A DNA stretch of 64,000 nucleotides from a bacterium (GTDB lineage Bacteria; Margulisbacteria; Marinamargulisbacteria; GCA-2716485; JAYNIM01), in the NCBI GenBank assembly GCA_038109055.1, contig JAYNIM010000001.1, positions 491,365 through 555,364 of the forward strand. The letters are read 5' to 3'. A program made the position numbers and the translations under genes. The notes beneath the pieces are model-generated. The model did not search any database. It worked only from the letters and a program-made list of their open reading frames with translations, and had not been told where the DNA came from. Positions 48,177 to 56,683 of this stretch are shown here, piece after piece (the stretch's first letter is position 1; every line of letters begins with the position of its first letter).

Positions 48177-49554
48177 TTGTCTCTTTTATGTCCTCCTTTT
48201 TTGGATAAAAAAGTAATTCTGTTGCATTACCGGGCCGTAAATATTTTCTGGCGACACGTATAATATCATCATGAGAGACATTTTTTACCTCTTCAATATA
48301 GTGTTCATAACTCTGATAACCGTTCTCGATCAAGGCGGCATGTAGTAATTGTGACGCAATTTTTTCTGCGGTATAACTGTCAAAATAACGACGTGCTAAT
48401 GCTTGATTCTTGGCTTTTTGTAGTTCTTGATCCGTCGCGCCTTTTTGTTGAATATCTTGAATCTCTTTAAAAATAATGTCTCTAATTTTTGATTCTGCCT
48501 CGGGTTGATGATATGCCATGAAAGACAAGGTGCCTGTCCCTAGAGAAAAGTCTGGATAACTGACAAAATTAAAGGCAAGCTCATTTTCTTTGACAATTTT
48601 ACGATGAAAACGTGCTCCCTTATCATAGTCTAAAATTGAATAGAGTAATTTTAGTGGAATCGCATCCGGGTGTCTTGCTTCTGGGGTATAAAACGTCCAA
48701 ATAGTCACAGGAGTAGGCAAGCTACTTTGATCTTTAAACGTCGTTAATTCTTGGGTTTGTCTTGGGGCTAAGTCCAAATTAATATCCGGCATTTTTGGCC
48801 TAGAAGGTATTGCTGTAAAATATTTTTTGGCTAACTGTTTAACAGTGTCTGGAGAAACGTCTCCCACAACAACTAATACCGCCTTATTAGGGGCATAGTG
48901 TTTTTTATAAAAAGCCTCACATTGTGCCACTGTAAAATGATTAATATCCTCTAATTTTCCGATAGGTCCATACATGAAAGGATGATTTGGATAAAGTTTT
49001 TGTTGTGCTTTGTAATACATTTCTCCATCTGGGTTGTTTTGCACACGCCAATGATATTCTTCTTTGACAACTTCGCGCTCTTTATCCAAACGTTGCTGAT
49101 CAATTTGTAAATATTGCATACGATCAGCTTCTAATCGAAAAACAAGCTCTATTTCAGATGCAGGGATTGTTTGAACATAGACGGTTCTGTCATCCGCTGT
49201 ATACGCATTACTATATCCGCCCACTGCTTGGATTAACTGACTATGTTCTTCATCCCCCACATTTTTGGATCCGCGAAACATCATATGTTCAAATAAATGA
49301 GCCATCCCTTTCTCACCCTTTTGTTCTACATAAGATCCCACACGATAACCGAGATAAACAGCGGCTTTTGCGGTGCTATGTTTTTCGTAGACAATACACT
49401 CCAAACCATTTTTCAATTTAAACGTAGAGATGGGACTTTGCTTGTGTTTTGTTTGAATCTTGTCTGTTATTTTTGCCATTGTAGATGTTGCATAAATGAT
49501 TGATAGTAGATAAAAACTTAGTGTTGTTAATTTAAAAAATTTTATTTTTTCCAT
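48169..49554 (-). CDS. M16B zinc peptidase, catalytic subunit
   Basis: GMAHLFEHMMFRGS, NAYT, LEADRM, EREVVKEE; signal peptide. Confidence 0.92.
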   Translation of the reverse strand: MEKIKFFKLTTLSFYLLSIIYATSTMAKITDKIQTKHKQSPISTFKLKNGLECIVYEKHSTAKAAVYLGYRVGSYVEQKGEKGMAHLFEHMMFRGSKNVGDEEHSQLIQAVGGYSNAYTADDRTVYVQTIPASEIELVFRLEADRMQYLQIDQQRLDKEREVVKEEYHWRVQNNPDGEMYYKAQQKLYPNHPFMYGPIGKLEDINHFTVAQCEAFYKKHYAPNKAVLVVVGDVSPDTVKQLAKKYFTAIPSRPKMPDINLDLAPRQTQELTTFKDQSSLPTPVTIWTFYTPEARHPDAIPLKLLYSILDYDKGARFHRKIVKENELAFNFVSYPDFSLGTGTLSFMAYHQPEAESKIRDIIFKEIQDIQQKGATDQELQKAKNQALARRYFDSYTAEKIASQLLHAALIENGYQSYEHYIEEVKNVSHDDIIRVARKYLRPGNATELLFYPKKEDIKETNG

Positions 49555-49579
49555 TATTAGCTGTTAAACTTATGATGAT

Positions 49580-51031
49580 ATGGCTTTAAAATCAATGGTT
49601 CTTATCATAGCACTAAAAGATACATGTACAGAAGTCCAACTTTTAAATTCGCAAGCCAAGGTCTGTGCGTCTGCTACACAAGAGTATTCTAGTCATGATC
49701 AACACGCCGATATGATCTCCTATGATCCGATTGAACTCTTATTTCATGTTCGTTCTGCCATCCAACAGGTGCTTCAACAGGCCAAACAGTGCCATATTGC
49801 CCATATTCTTATTTGCAATCACAGTCAAACAGCCATGTATTGGGATGCTGATAGTGGAAAACCCCTGTCTCCTGTTATTGGTAGTACATGTTTGAGAGGT
49901 ATCAGTAGTTGTCGTTTTTTTCAAAACAATCATTTAGCTGATGATATTTATCATAAAACTGGACTCCCTCTATCTCCTAGTTACCTAGGCATCAAATGTC
50001 ACTGGCTAAACGAGAATTTCTCTGATGCCTTTTTCTCTAAAAAAATCATGTTTGGAGGATTTGAAACCTGGCTCCTGTATCAATTAAGCGGTAAAAAAGC
50101 GTATTGTATGTCTCTGTGTCAAGCAAGTCAAAGTATGCTTTTTAATATTTCTAGTTGTGATTGGGATCCTTTATTATGTTCAGACTGCCTTCCTCAAAAC
50201 CACCTTTTACCCAAGGTCATTTCTGATCCAAGCTCTATTTTTGCTAAAACGCTGCACTTTATGCCGTTGCTTGATGATATCCCTATTACTATCATCTGTC
50301 ATGAAAACAAATCGAAATATTGGGCCTGTCAGCACTTTAACTTCTCAGACTTAGTGATTGATTTTTCTGCTGAACGCTTTTCCTTGCTTTCTCATTCTGG
50401 CCACCATTTTAACAAAACAAATACCCGATTACCCCAACACTTGATTCATCGTGCAGATGACTCACTTTATTTGTTTAAGAAAACCGTGGAACTTGCACCT
50501 TGGCCCCAACAGCTTTTCCCTCAACTTTCTACCAAATTATTATCTGATACCCCTATTTCACTTGAACATATTCAACATCCTCAGGTGATTATTCATTCTA
50601 CTAGTTTACCAAGGCCTTCTTTTGGTCGACCTAAACAGACCTTGGGTATCCTAGGACTTGATGCTACTTCCTCTATCGATGATTTAACCTGGGCGTTTAT
50701 TGCACATCGCGCCTTTGTTTTATTTGAAGCCATAGAATCACTGTCTACTGTTCTATCTAAGTCGCCTCAACATCTTTTCTTTGCCAGTCACTGTCTGAGT
50801 TCTGAATCGTATATACTATGTGAGTTGCTCCAACGGCCACTTAGCTGTTTTTATGGCCCTTCTTGGGACCTTTATGGATGCCTGTTATTATTTCAGAAGC
50901 AGACCTCTTTTTTTTCTGAACTTTCTTTAAAAAAATGGCTCAAATCAAAAACCTTATTACCTAATTTGGATCCTATTACTGTGTATGGGTTAAAACAAAG
51001 CTGGACCCAGGCGTCTTCTAACACAAAATAG
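49580..51031 (+). CDS. Highly divergent FGGY/glycerol-kinase-like protein
   Basis: WDADSGKPL, KTGLPLSPSY, FGGFETWLLYQLSG, ASQSMLFNI..CDWD. Confidence 0.7.
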   Translation: MALKSMVLIIALKDTCTEVQLLNSQAKVCASATQEYSSHDQHADMISYDPIELLFHVRSAIQQVLQQAKQCHIAHILICNHSQTAMYWDADSGKPLSPVIGSTCLRGISSCRFFQNNHLADDIYHKTGLPLSPSYLGIKCHWLNENFSDAFFSKKIMFGGFETWLLYQLSGKKAYCMSLCQASQSMLFNISSCDWDPLLCSDCLPQNHLLPKVISDPSSIFAKTLHFMPLLDDIPITIICHENKSKYWACQHFNFSDLVIDFSAERFSLLSHSGHHFNKTNTRLPQHLIHRADDSLYLFKKTVELAPWPQQLFPQLSTKLLSDTPISLEHIQHPQVIIHSTSLPRPSFGRPKQTLGILGLDATSSIDDLTWAFIAHRAFVLFEAIESLSTVLSKSPQHLFFASHCLSSESYILCELLQRPLSCFYGPSWDLYGCLLLFQKQTSFFSELSLKKWLKSKTLLPNLDPITVYGLKQSWTQASSNTK

Positions 51032-51089
51032 ATAACCTGTATTATATGTTTACGAAAACTTAAACTGGGGCATATAATACATACAACCT

Positions 51090-51728
51090 ATGATTTTATG
51101 TATCAATACTGCTTGTTTTCCATTTGGCATTGCCCTTTTTGATAAAGGTCAATTATCTGCGAGTCGCTACCCTATTGATGGACAGTCTTTATCAGAGAAT
51201 TTAATTTCTCAGTTACATGACCTGACGCGTCCCTTTGGAGGTCTACGTCAGTTGTCTGGTATCGCGTGTCTAAAAGGTCCCGGACGTTACATTAGTTTGC
51301 GTATTGGTTCGACGACTGTTCGTACAATTGCGCAAATATTTGACATCCCTATTCGAGGGTTTTGTTCGTTGACCTGTATGGCCATGCCTTACCGTTTTCA
51401 TGCAGGCCTTTATATGTCGATTCTTCCCTCCTATGCGTCGCATTATCATGTTCGTCTTTTTGGCTCAGATGGCATGACATTACAGCCTAAAACCTCTCTT
51501 ATGCATCTTGATCACGACCGTTTATGTCAGCATTTATCTGCCTATAAAAAAGAGGTCTCTGTTATTTGTAACTCTGATTGTTCCTTTTCTAAACAGTTTG
51601 ATCATCAGCCTTGGATTCGTTTTTTGACCTGTGATTCTCATTTGCAAAATTTACTCGCTTGTTATCTTGATATCCCCAGCCATCACACGTCTTGGAGGGA
51701 ACTTGACCTTGTTTATCAAGAACATTAG
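51090..51728 (+). CDS. tsaB: t6A biosynthesis protein TsaB, divergent
   Basis: MILCINTA, SENLISQL, GPGRYISLRIG. Confidence 0.8.
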   Translation: MILCINTACFPFGIALFDKGQLSASRYPIDGQSLSENLISQLHDLTRPFGGLRQLSGIACLKGPGRYISLRIGSTTVRTIAQIFDIPIRGFCSLTCMAMPYRFHAGLYMSILPSYASHYHVRLFGSDGMTLQPKTSLMHLDHDRLCQHLSAYKKEVSVICNSDCSFSKQFDHQPWIRFLTCDSHLQNLLACYLDIPSHHTSWRELDLVYQEH

Positions 51729-54102
51729 TACTGCTTTTCGACAAACTACATTTGTTGCTTTATTTCCTACATTCCTGACTTGGCTTATTTTTTATTTTAT
51801 TATCTTTGTTCCTATCTCTTTGTCTGCGACATCCTCTACCTTGTATGATGCCTTAAAACAAGGCCTTAATACTCGTGCTCATACTATGGGTCAATCTTTT
51901 ACAGCCATTGCTGATAATGGCAGTGGATTAAGCTATAACCCAGCAGGGATTTCTCGCTTAGATTTTGGCCTTGATTTTCAACATATTGATGTACAACATG
52001 CGGTCTATGAGCGCGCATCAACCTATAGTTTAAAATTACCCCCGCTGGCCTTAAATATTGACAGTTACCACTCTAGTTCAGATGTTTTTGCACGTGTTTC
52101 TGCATTAAACTTTGGCTCTGTTAAGCCTCGTTCAATCTCCTGGGGCTTTCGTTATAAATATATTGAATCGTCTGATAAAGATGGTTGGAGTAGCGATATT
52201 GGATTGTTGCTACACACCTACCCTTTTATGGATATTGGCCTTGTTGCCAAAGACTTTATCAATACCGTTGATATTGATAGCACCTTTGCTATTGGCTCTG
52301 CTTTTTTTACCCCTCAGAAGCGCTTTATTTTTGCTAGCGACCTTATTTATGATAGCTCCTCTTTGCGTGGATCTTCTTATGATCTTACTGTTGGCATTGA
52401 ATTTCATGTCTTACAAGAATTGGCATTGCGAGCCGGATATGGCCAACATCATTCTCGCTTGGGCTTTGGATTTTTATTCCCTTTTGGAAGCCTTGATTAT
52501 GGGGTTAAATTTTTATCGAATGAAGAACAACATATGCTTGGTATTCAGATTGGCCTGCCTCGCAGTTTTCGTCCTAAATTTTATCAAACGCTTACTCGGC
52601 CATCTCATTATACCTTTATTGAGTTAGGACAGGGCAGCCTTAGTCAGGGCAAATCAGAAAAAAGTTTATTGGGTGGCAATAAATTAGGGAGTAACGATTT
52701 ATTATCCTTGATTCATACCTCTAGTCTGGATCCTTTCTGTGAAGGCTATGTCATTAAACTTCATTCTTTATCGTCAGATTTGGCATCGTTAAGTTTACTG
52801 CAAGAACTTCGTCTTGAACTTGAGAAAGCCAAAAAAAATGGTAAAAAAATCTATGTTTATATTACGCACTGGGCCACCATGCCTGATTATTATCTTGCTA
52901 GTATCGCTGATCACATTGTTATCCCTGAACTTGGCACACTGAGCCATTTGGGCTTAACCTTAGATATTAAAAAAACCAAAGCATTTTTGAATAAATTTGG
53001 CATACAGCCTATTGTCCTATCTCAAGGTGCGTATAAAACAAGCTCTTCTCCACATACGGATCCCCTTGAAGACTACGAAAAATCTTTTTTAGAAGATTTA
53101 TTACAAACTATGTACATGCAACTGGCTGAAGATATTCAATCTTCTCGTCATATTACTTGGCAGTCGATTCATCATTATTTTGATGGCCAATTGATTACTG
53201 CCTCGCAAGCCAAAAAAATTGGCCTTGTTGATCACTTGGCATACTGGCCTGATTTAAAGCATGTTGTAAATAAAAATGGTGATGACATACGTCTTGTCCC
53301 TATTGAGGCGTATCTCCCCCCCCCACAAGCACGACCTCTCTTAGATTTTTCTGATTATATTGCAGTCATTGAAATTGATGGGTTTATTCAGCAAGGCCCT
53401 AATACAACTAATTTCCTTTTTGGACAGAATGCGACGGGCTCTGATGACTTTGACGAGATGATTGATTCACTCATTAAAAACGCTCATATTAAGGGGCTTA
53501 TTGTACGGATTAATAGTGGTGGTGGTAGTATGATGGCGTCTGATCAAATATATCAAGCTCTACAAAAATTTCGCTCATCTGGCCGGCCTGTTTATAGTTC
53601 TATGGGAAATTTAGCTGCTTCTGGCGGATACTATGTTGCACTGGGAAGTGATAAAATCTTTGCTAATAGTTCGACGTTAACAGGCAGCATTGGAGTCATG
53701 TCGTCTTTTTTGAATTTCCAAGAACTTTACGAACGTTTAGGTATTTCTCATGACCAGTTGAAAACCGGTAAATTCATGGATTTATTTTCGTCAAATCACT
53801 TACCTAGTGAGGAGCATCTGCAGATGATCAAAGCTCACCAGCAAAAACATTATGATTTTTTTTCAGCTAGAGTGATGAAAGATCGTCACCTGACTGATGA
53901 CGAAGCATTTTTTGTTTCTCAAGGTCAATTATTTACTGGAAAACAAGCTAAAAAATTAAAGTTAATTGATGAAGTCGGAAACTTTCAGGATACTATACAG
54001 ACACTTGCAACTAAGCTTTCTATCAATCCTAAAAACTTACTATTTATTCGGAAGAAAGCTAAACAACATTTTTCTTTGATGGATATTCTTTCGTTGTTTT
54101 AA
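51703..54102 (+). CDS. sppA: SppA (67K type) fused to an N-terminal PorV/FadL-like beta-barrel
   Basis: RINSGGGS, SMGNLAASGGYY, TLTGSIGV; N-domain RAHTMGQSFTAIADNGSGLSYNPAG; probable TTG start after GGAGG (51703 or 51709). Confidence 0.85.
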   Translation: MTLFIKNISTAFRQTTFVALFPTFLTWLIFYFIIFVPISLSATSSTLYDALKQGLNTRAHTMGQSFTAIADNGSGLSYNPAGISRLDFGLDFQHIDVQHAVYERASTYSLKLPPLALNIDSYHSSSDVFARVSALNFGSVKPRSISWGFRYKYIESSDKDGWSSDIGLLLHTYPFMDIGLVAKDFINTVDIDSTFAIGSAFFTPQKRFIFASDLIYDSSSLRGSSYDLTVGIEFHVLQELALRAGYGQHHSRLGFGFLFPFGSLDYGVKFLSNEEQHMLGIQIGLPRSFRPKFYQTLTRPSHYTFIELGQGSLSQGKSEKSLLGGNKLGSNDLLSLIHTSSLDPFCEGYVIKLHSLSSDLASLSLLQELRLELEKAKKNGKKIYVYITHWATMPDYYLASIADHIVIPELGTLSHLGLTLDIKKTKAFLNKFGIQPIVLSQGAYKTSSSPHTDPLEDYEKSFLEDLLQTMYMQLAEDIQSSRHITWQSIHHYFDGQLITASQAKKIGLVDHLAYWPDLKHVVNKNGDDIRLVPIEAYLPPPQARPLLDFSDYIAVIEIDGFIQQGPNTTNFLFGQNATGSDDFDEMIDSLIKNAHIKGLIVRINSGGGSMMASDQIYQALQKFRSSGRPVYSSMGNLAASGGYYVALGSDKIFANSSTLTGSIGVMSSFLNFQELYERLGISHDQLKTGKFMDLFSSNHLPSEEHLQMIKAHQQKHYDFFSARVMKDRHLTDDEAFFVSQGQLFTGKQAKKLKLIDEVGNFQDTIQTLATKLSINPKNLLFIRKKAKQHFSLMDILSLF

Positions 54103-54412
54103 TCCCTTATCTTTACTCAAATCATTTAAGGATAGTCTGTATATATCTGATTCAAGAAATTTCTGCCCCCTTTGATTAAGATTATAAGACCTTAGTTAAA
54201 TTTTACAATATTTTTATTCATCCGGATCTATTTCATCTTTTAAGAGGATGCAGAGTTTTTGTCGCTAAAGGTATAAATTTTACTGAAAACTAAGCCAATA
54301 AAACACTTGCTATTCTAGCTAAAAATGTCGTCTTTCTTTTGAAAGAGTCCAAAGAAGGATTTTTGATGGGTATCTATACCTTCTTTTTTAATTTTTTTTC
54401 TTTTGTATGTAA

Positions 54413-54712
54413 TTAATAGTCGCTTCTGTTTGACCCAAAACTTGATGAGCGGCCTTTGGGTCTTCTATCTTCTGCTTCATTTACTCTGAGTGCACGACCT
54501 TGTAATTCTTCGCCATTTTTTTTACAGGCTTCTTGCATGCCTTCTTCTGTTTTAAATGTAATAAAAGCAAAACCCTTAGAACGGCCTGTTTGCATATCTG
54601 AAATAAGTTTTACTTCTTCAATTTCTCCGCATTTGCTAAATTCTTCTTCTAGCGCTTCTTCTGAAAGAGAAAAAGACAAATTTCCAACATATACTTTTCT
54701 ATTATTTTTCAT
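54413..54712 (-). CDS. RRM RNA-binding protein
   Basis: RNP2 VYVGNL, RNP1 KGFAFITF. Confidence 0.95.
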   Translation of the reverse strand: MKNNRKVYVGNLSFSLSEEALEEEFSKCGEIEEVKLISDMQTGRSKGFAFITFKTEEGMQEACKKNGEELQGRALRVNEAEDRRPKGRSSSFGSNRSDY

Positions 54713-54777
54713 TTTTTCCTTTTTTTACCTACCCATAGTTAATTTTTCTACTATACATTCAGCGTATGGATTCGCCT

Positions 54778-56211
54778 TTAAACTCGTATAATGAATCTGA
54801 ACAATAACAGAAACAATAAGCTTATTGCAACTGTCACGACTGCTTTTTTTATAAAACTTGTCTGTTTTTGTTCATTACCGTTGCTTTTTAATTCTCTATT
54901 TACTGTTTTAATAGCTTCACTTTCTTTAATTTCTGGCTTGCTTATATTTATTTTAGATGTACCCTCTAATTTTAATAACTCTTTGATTTGTTTCTGTCTA
55001 GCCTTCACTTGCTTCTTTGATACCTTTTCTGACTTTGCCTTTCTTAGCTGCTCTAAATTAATTTTTTTGATAGGCACTGTTATTATTGCTTTAGGTGTTA
55101 TAACAGGTTTCGCTATGGCGTGTATTGGTTCCTTGATTACTGGGATGTTCTTTTCTATGACAATAAGGTCTTCTTTTTTCTCTATCTCTTGCTTTTTCTC
55201 AGTTTTCTCTATTTTTTCTACCTTTTTTTCCTTTGTAATTAGTTTCTTGAGATTAATAGAAAAATAAAACTGATTTTGATTGACCTCATAATCAGTTTTT
55301 TCATAAGCAAAATCAAAACTAACCTTCCCTATGTCTACGTTTATCCCCATACTATACTGCCCAAAACGCTTATTCTGCGCGATATGTTGTGAATATCCCC
55401 CAGAGACTGTAATAGTAGGTACATTAAACACCGTTTTTTCTAAGGCAATGGCTGGACAAAGGTAGACCCTATTATCTGCGTAGGTATTGTTATAGCTTAG
55501 GATATTTAGCTGTCCTAGGATATTAAGGTCTTGTACCTGATATTTGAGCGCTGCTTGAACCTGTTGAGGTAAGTGATAGCTAATTCCATTACTTTCGCCT
55601 CCGCTATAGTTCATTTTAGAGAACGATAGAATATTTTTTAACCCGATACTTGTTGATAAACGCTCATTAATCTGGGTATATAGACCTAGATCCATGTTGA
55701 ATGCACTACCACTCACTCTATCCATTTTATAGCTAAAATGAGAAAGATTTATCCCTATTTTGTGTCTTTCCTTCAAACTATTGGCATAGCCCACTTTTAA
55801 CACGCTATCTTTATAGGCGAAGTAGTAATCGACTCTGGGAAAATCTGTCTCTCCTAAACCTTCGACCTTAATTAAAGCCGTTGTATGTGGAATCACATCT
55901 GAACTATGCTGTATATATCCAATCGCGATACTTCCTTTTTTGAACGGATAATTGATCGCGAGGCTACTTAGTTTACCTTCTCTGTCTGCAATATAGCTAT
56001 CAAACAGGGTCATACTTGCATAGTTTAAATTGTCTAAGGCTGCTGGATTCTCGAATATCACTGTGGCTGTCTGTCCAAAACCGGCGATCCTGGCTTGCCT
56101 TAAAAAACTCGCTGAACTTGGTAATAAGGAGACATCTAAGGCGGTACTCGCCAAGGTTGTACTAATCAACATGCCCATCATTACTGTTATTATTTTTCTT
56201 ATGATTTTCAT
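54778..56211 (-). CDS. PorV/FadL-like outer-membrane barrel with C-terminal linker and TM helix
   Basis: Signal peptide, IFENPAAL plug motif, amphipathic strands ending QFYFSINL, then Lys/Glu-rich linker and hydrophobic helix. Confidence 0.6.
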   Translation of the reverse strand: MKIIRKIITVMMGMLISTTLASTALDVSLLPSSASFLRQARIAGFGQTATVIFENPAALDNLNYASMTLFDSYIADREGKLSSLAINYPFKKGSIAIGYIQHSSDVIPHTTALIKVEGLGETDFPRVDYYFAYKDSVLKVGYANSLKERHKIGINLSHFSYKMDRVSGSAFNMDLGLYTQINERLSTSIGLKNILSFSKMNYSGGESNGISYHLPQQVQAALKYQVQDLNILGQLNILSYNNTYADNRVYLCPAIALEKTVFNVPTITVSGGYSQHIAQNKRFGQYSMGINVDIGKVSFDFAYEKTDYEVNQNQFYFSINLKKLITKEKKVEKIEKTEKKQEIEKKEDLIVIEKNIPVIKEPIHAIAKPVITPKAIITVPIKKINLEQLRKAKSEKVSKKQVKARQKQIKELLKLEGTSKINISKPEIKESEAIKTVNRELKSNGNEQKQTSFIKKAVVTVAISLLFLLLFRFIIRV

Positions 56212-56660
56212 GGCTGTACGGCTATCTTTCCTTTATACAAGAGGGTATTACTGTCTTTTTCGTAAATCAGAAATAAATAAACGCCCGGTGTGAAATACTG
56301 ATTTGCAAGTTCAGCTCGTTTGATCTCAACTTTATTTACTCCCTGTTTAGCCCCTGCTTGATTACGTAATATTACTTTTGTAAATAAGGCATTTCCTATC
56401 GAATTGTAGATGTTTATTTTGATTGTTTCTGCAGATTCTAAATAATAAAACAGTGTAGGAAATCCTCCTTTGTTGATATAGAAGGGATTCGGCCAGCTTA
56501 AGGCTTGTTTTTTAACTGTTTCTAAACTTAGGGTCTCGTCTGAACTGCTAGTAGATATAAAGGAAAATGGTGGATCGCCAAAGGAAGAAAATGCGACATA
56601 CGCAGATAGTGACGTCTGTAATGCCATAGCCATGACAATTACGATGATGATTCTTTTCAT
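56208..56660 (-). CDS. Small secreted protein consisting of a T9SS-CTD/FlgD-Ig-like domain
   Basis: WPNPF...IKINIYNSIGN...PGVYLFLI...KGKIAV. Confidence 0.65.
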   Translation of the reverse strand: MKRIIIVIVMAMALQTSLSAYVAFSSFGDPPFSFISTSSSDETLSLETVKKQALSWPNPFYINKGGFPTLFYYLESAETIKINIYNSIGNALFTKVILRNQAGAKQGVNKVEIKRAELANQYFTPGVYLFLIYEKDSNTLLYKGKIAVQP

Positions 56661-56683
56661 TCCCCCCCCTTTTTTTTATATTT

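Noticed and set aside
54103..54412. 310-bp intergenic region as an ncRNA
   Set aside because: AT-rich region between convergent genes with no convincing structure or known motif
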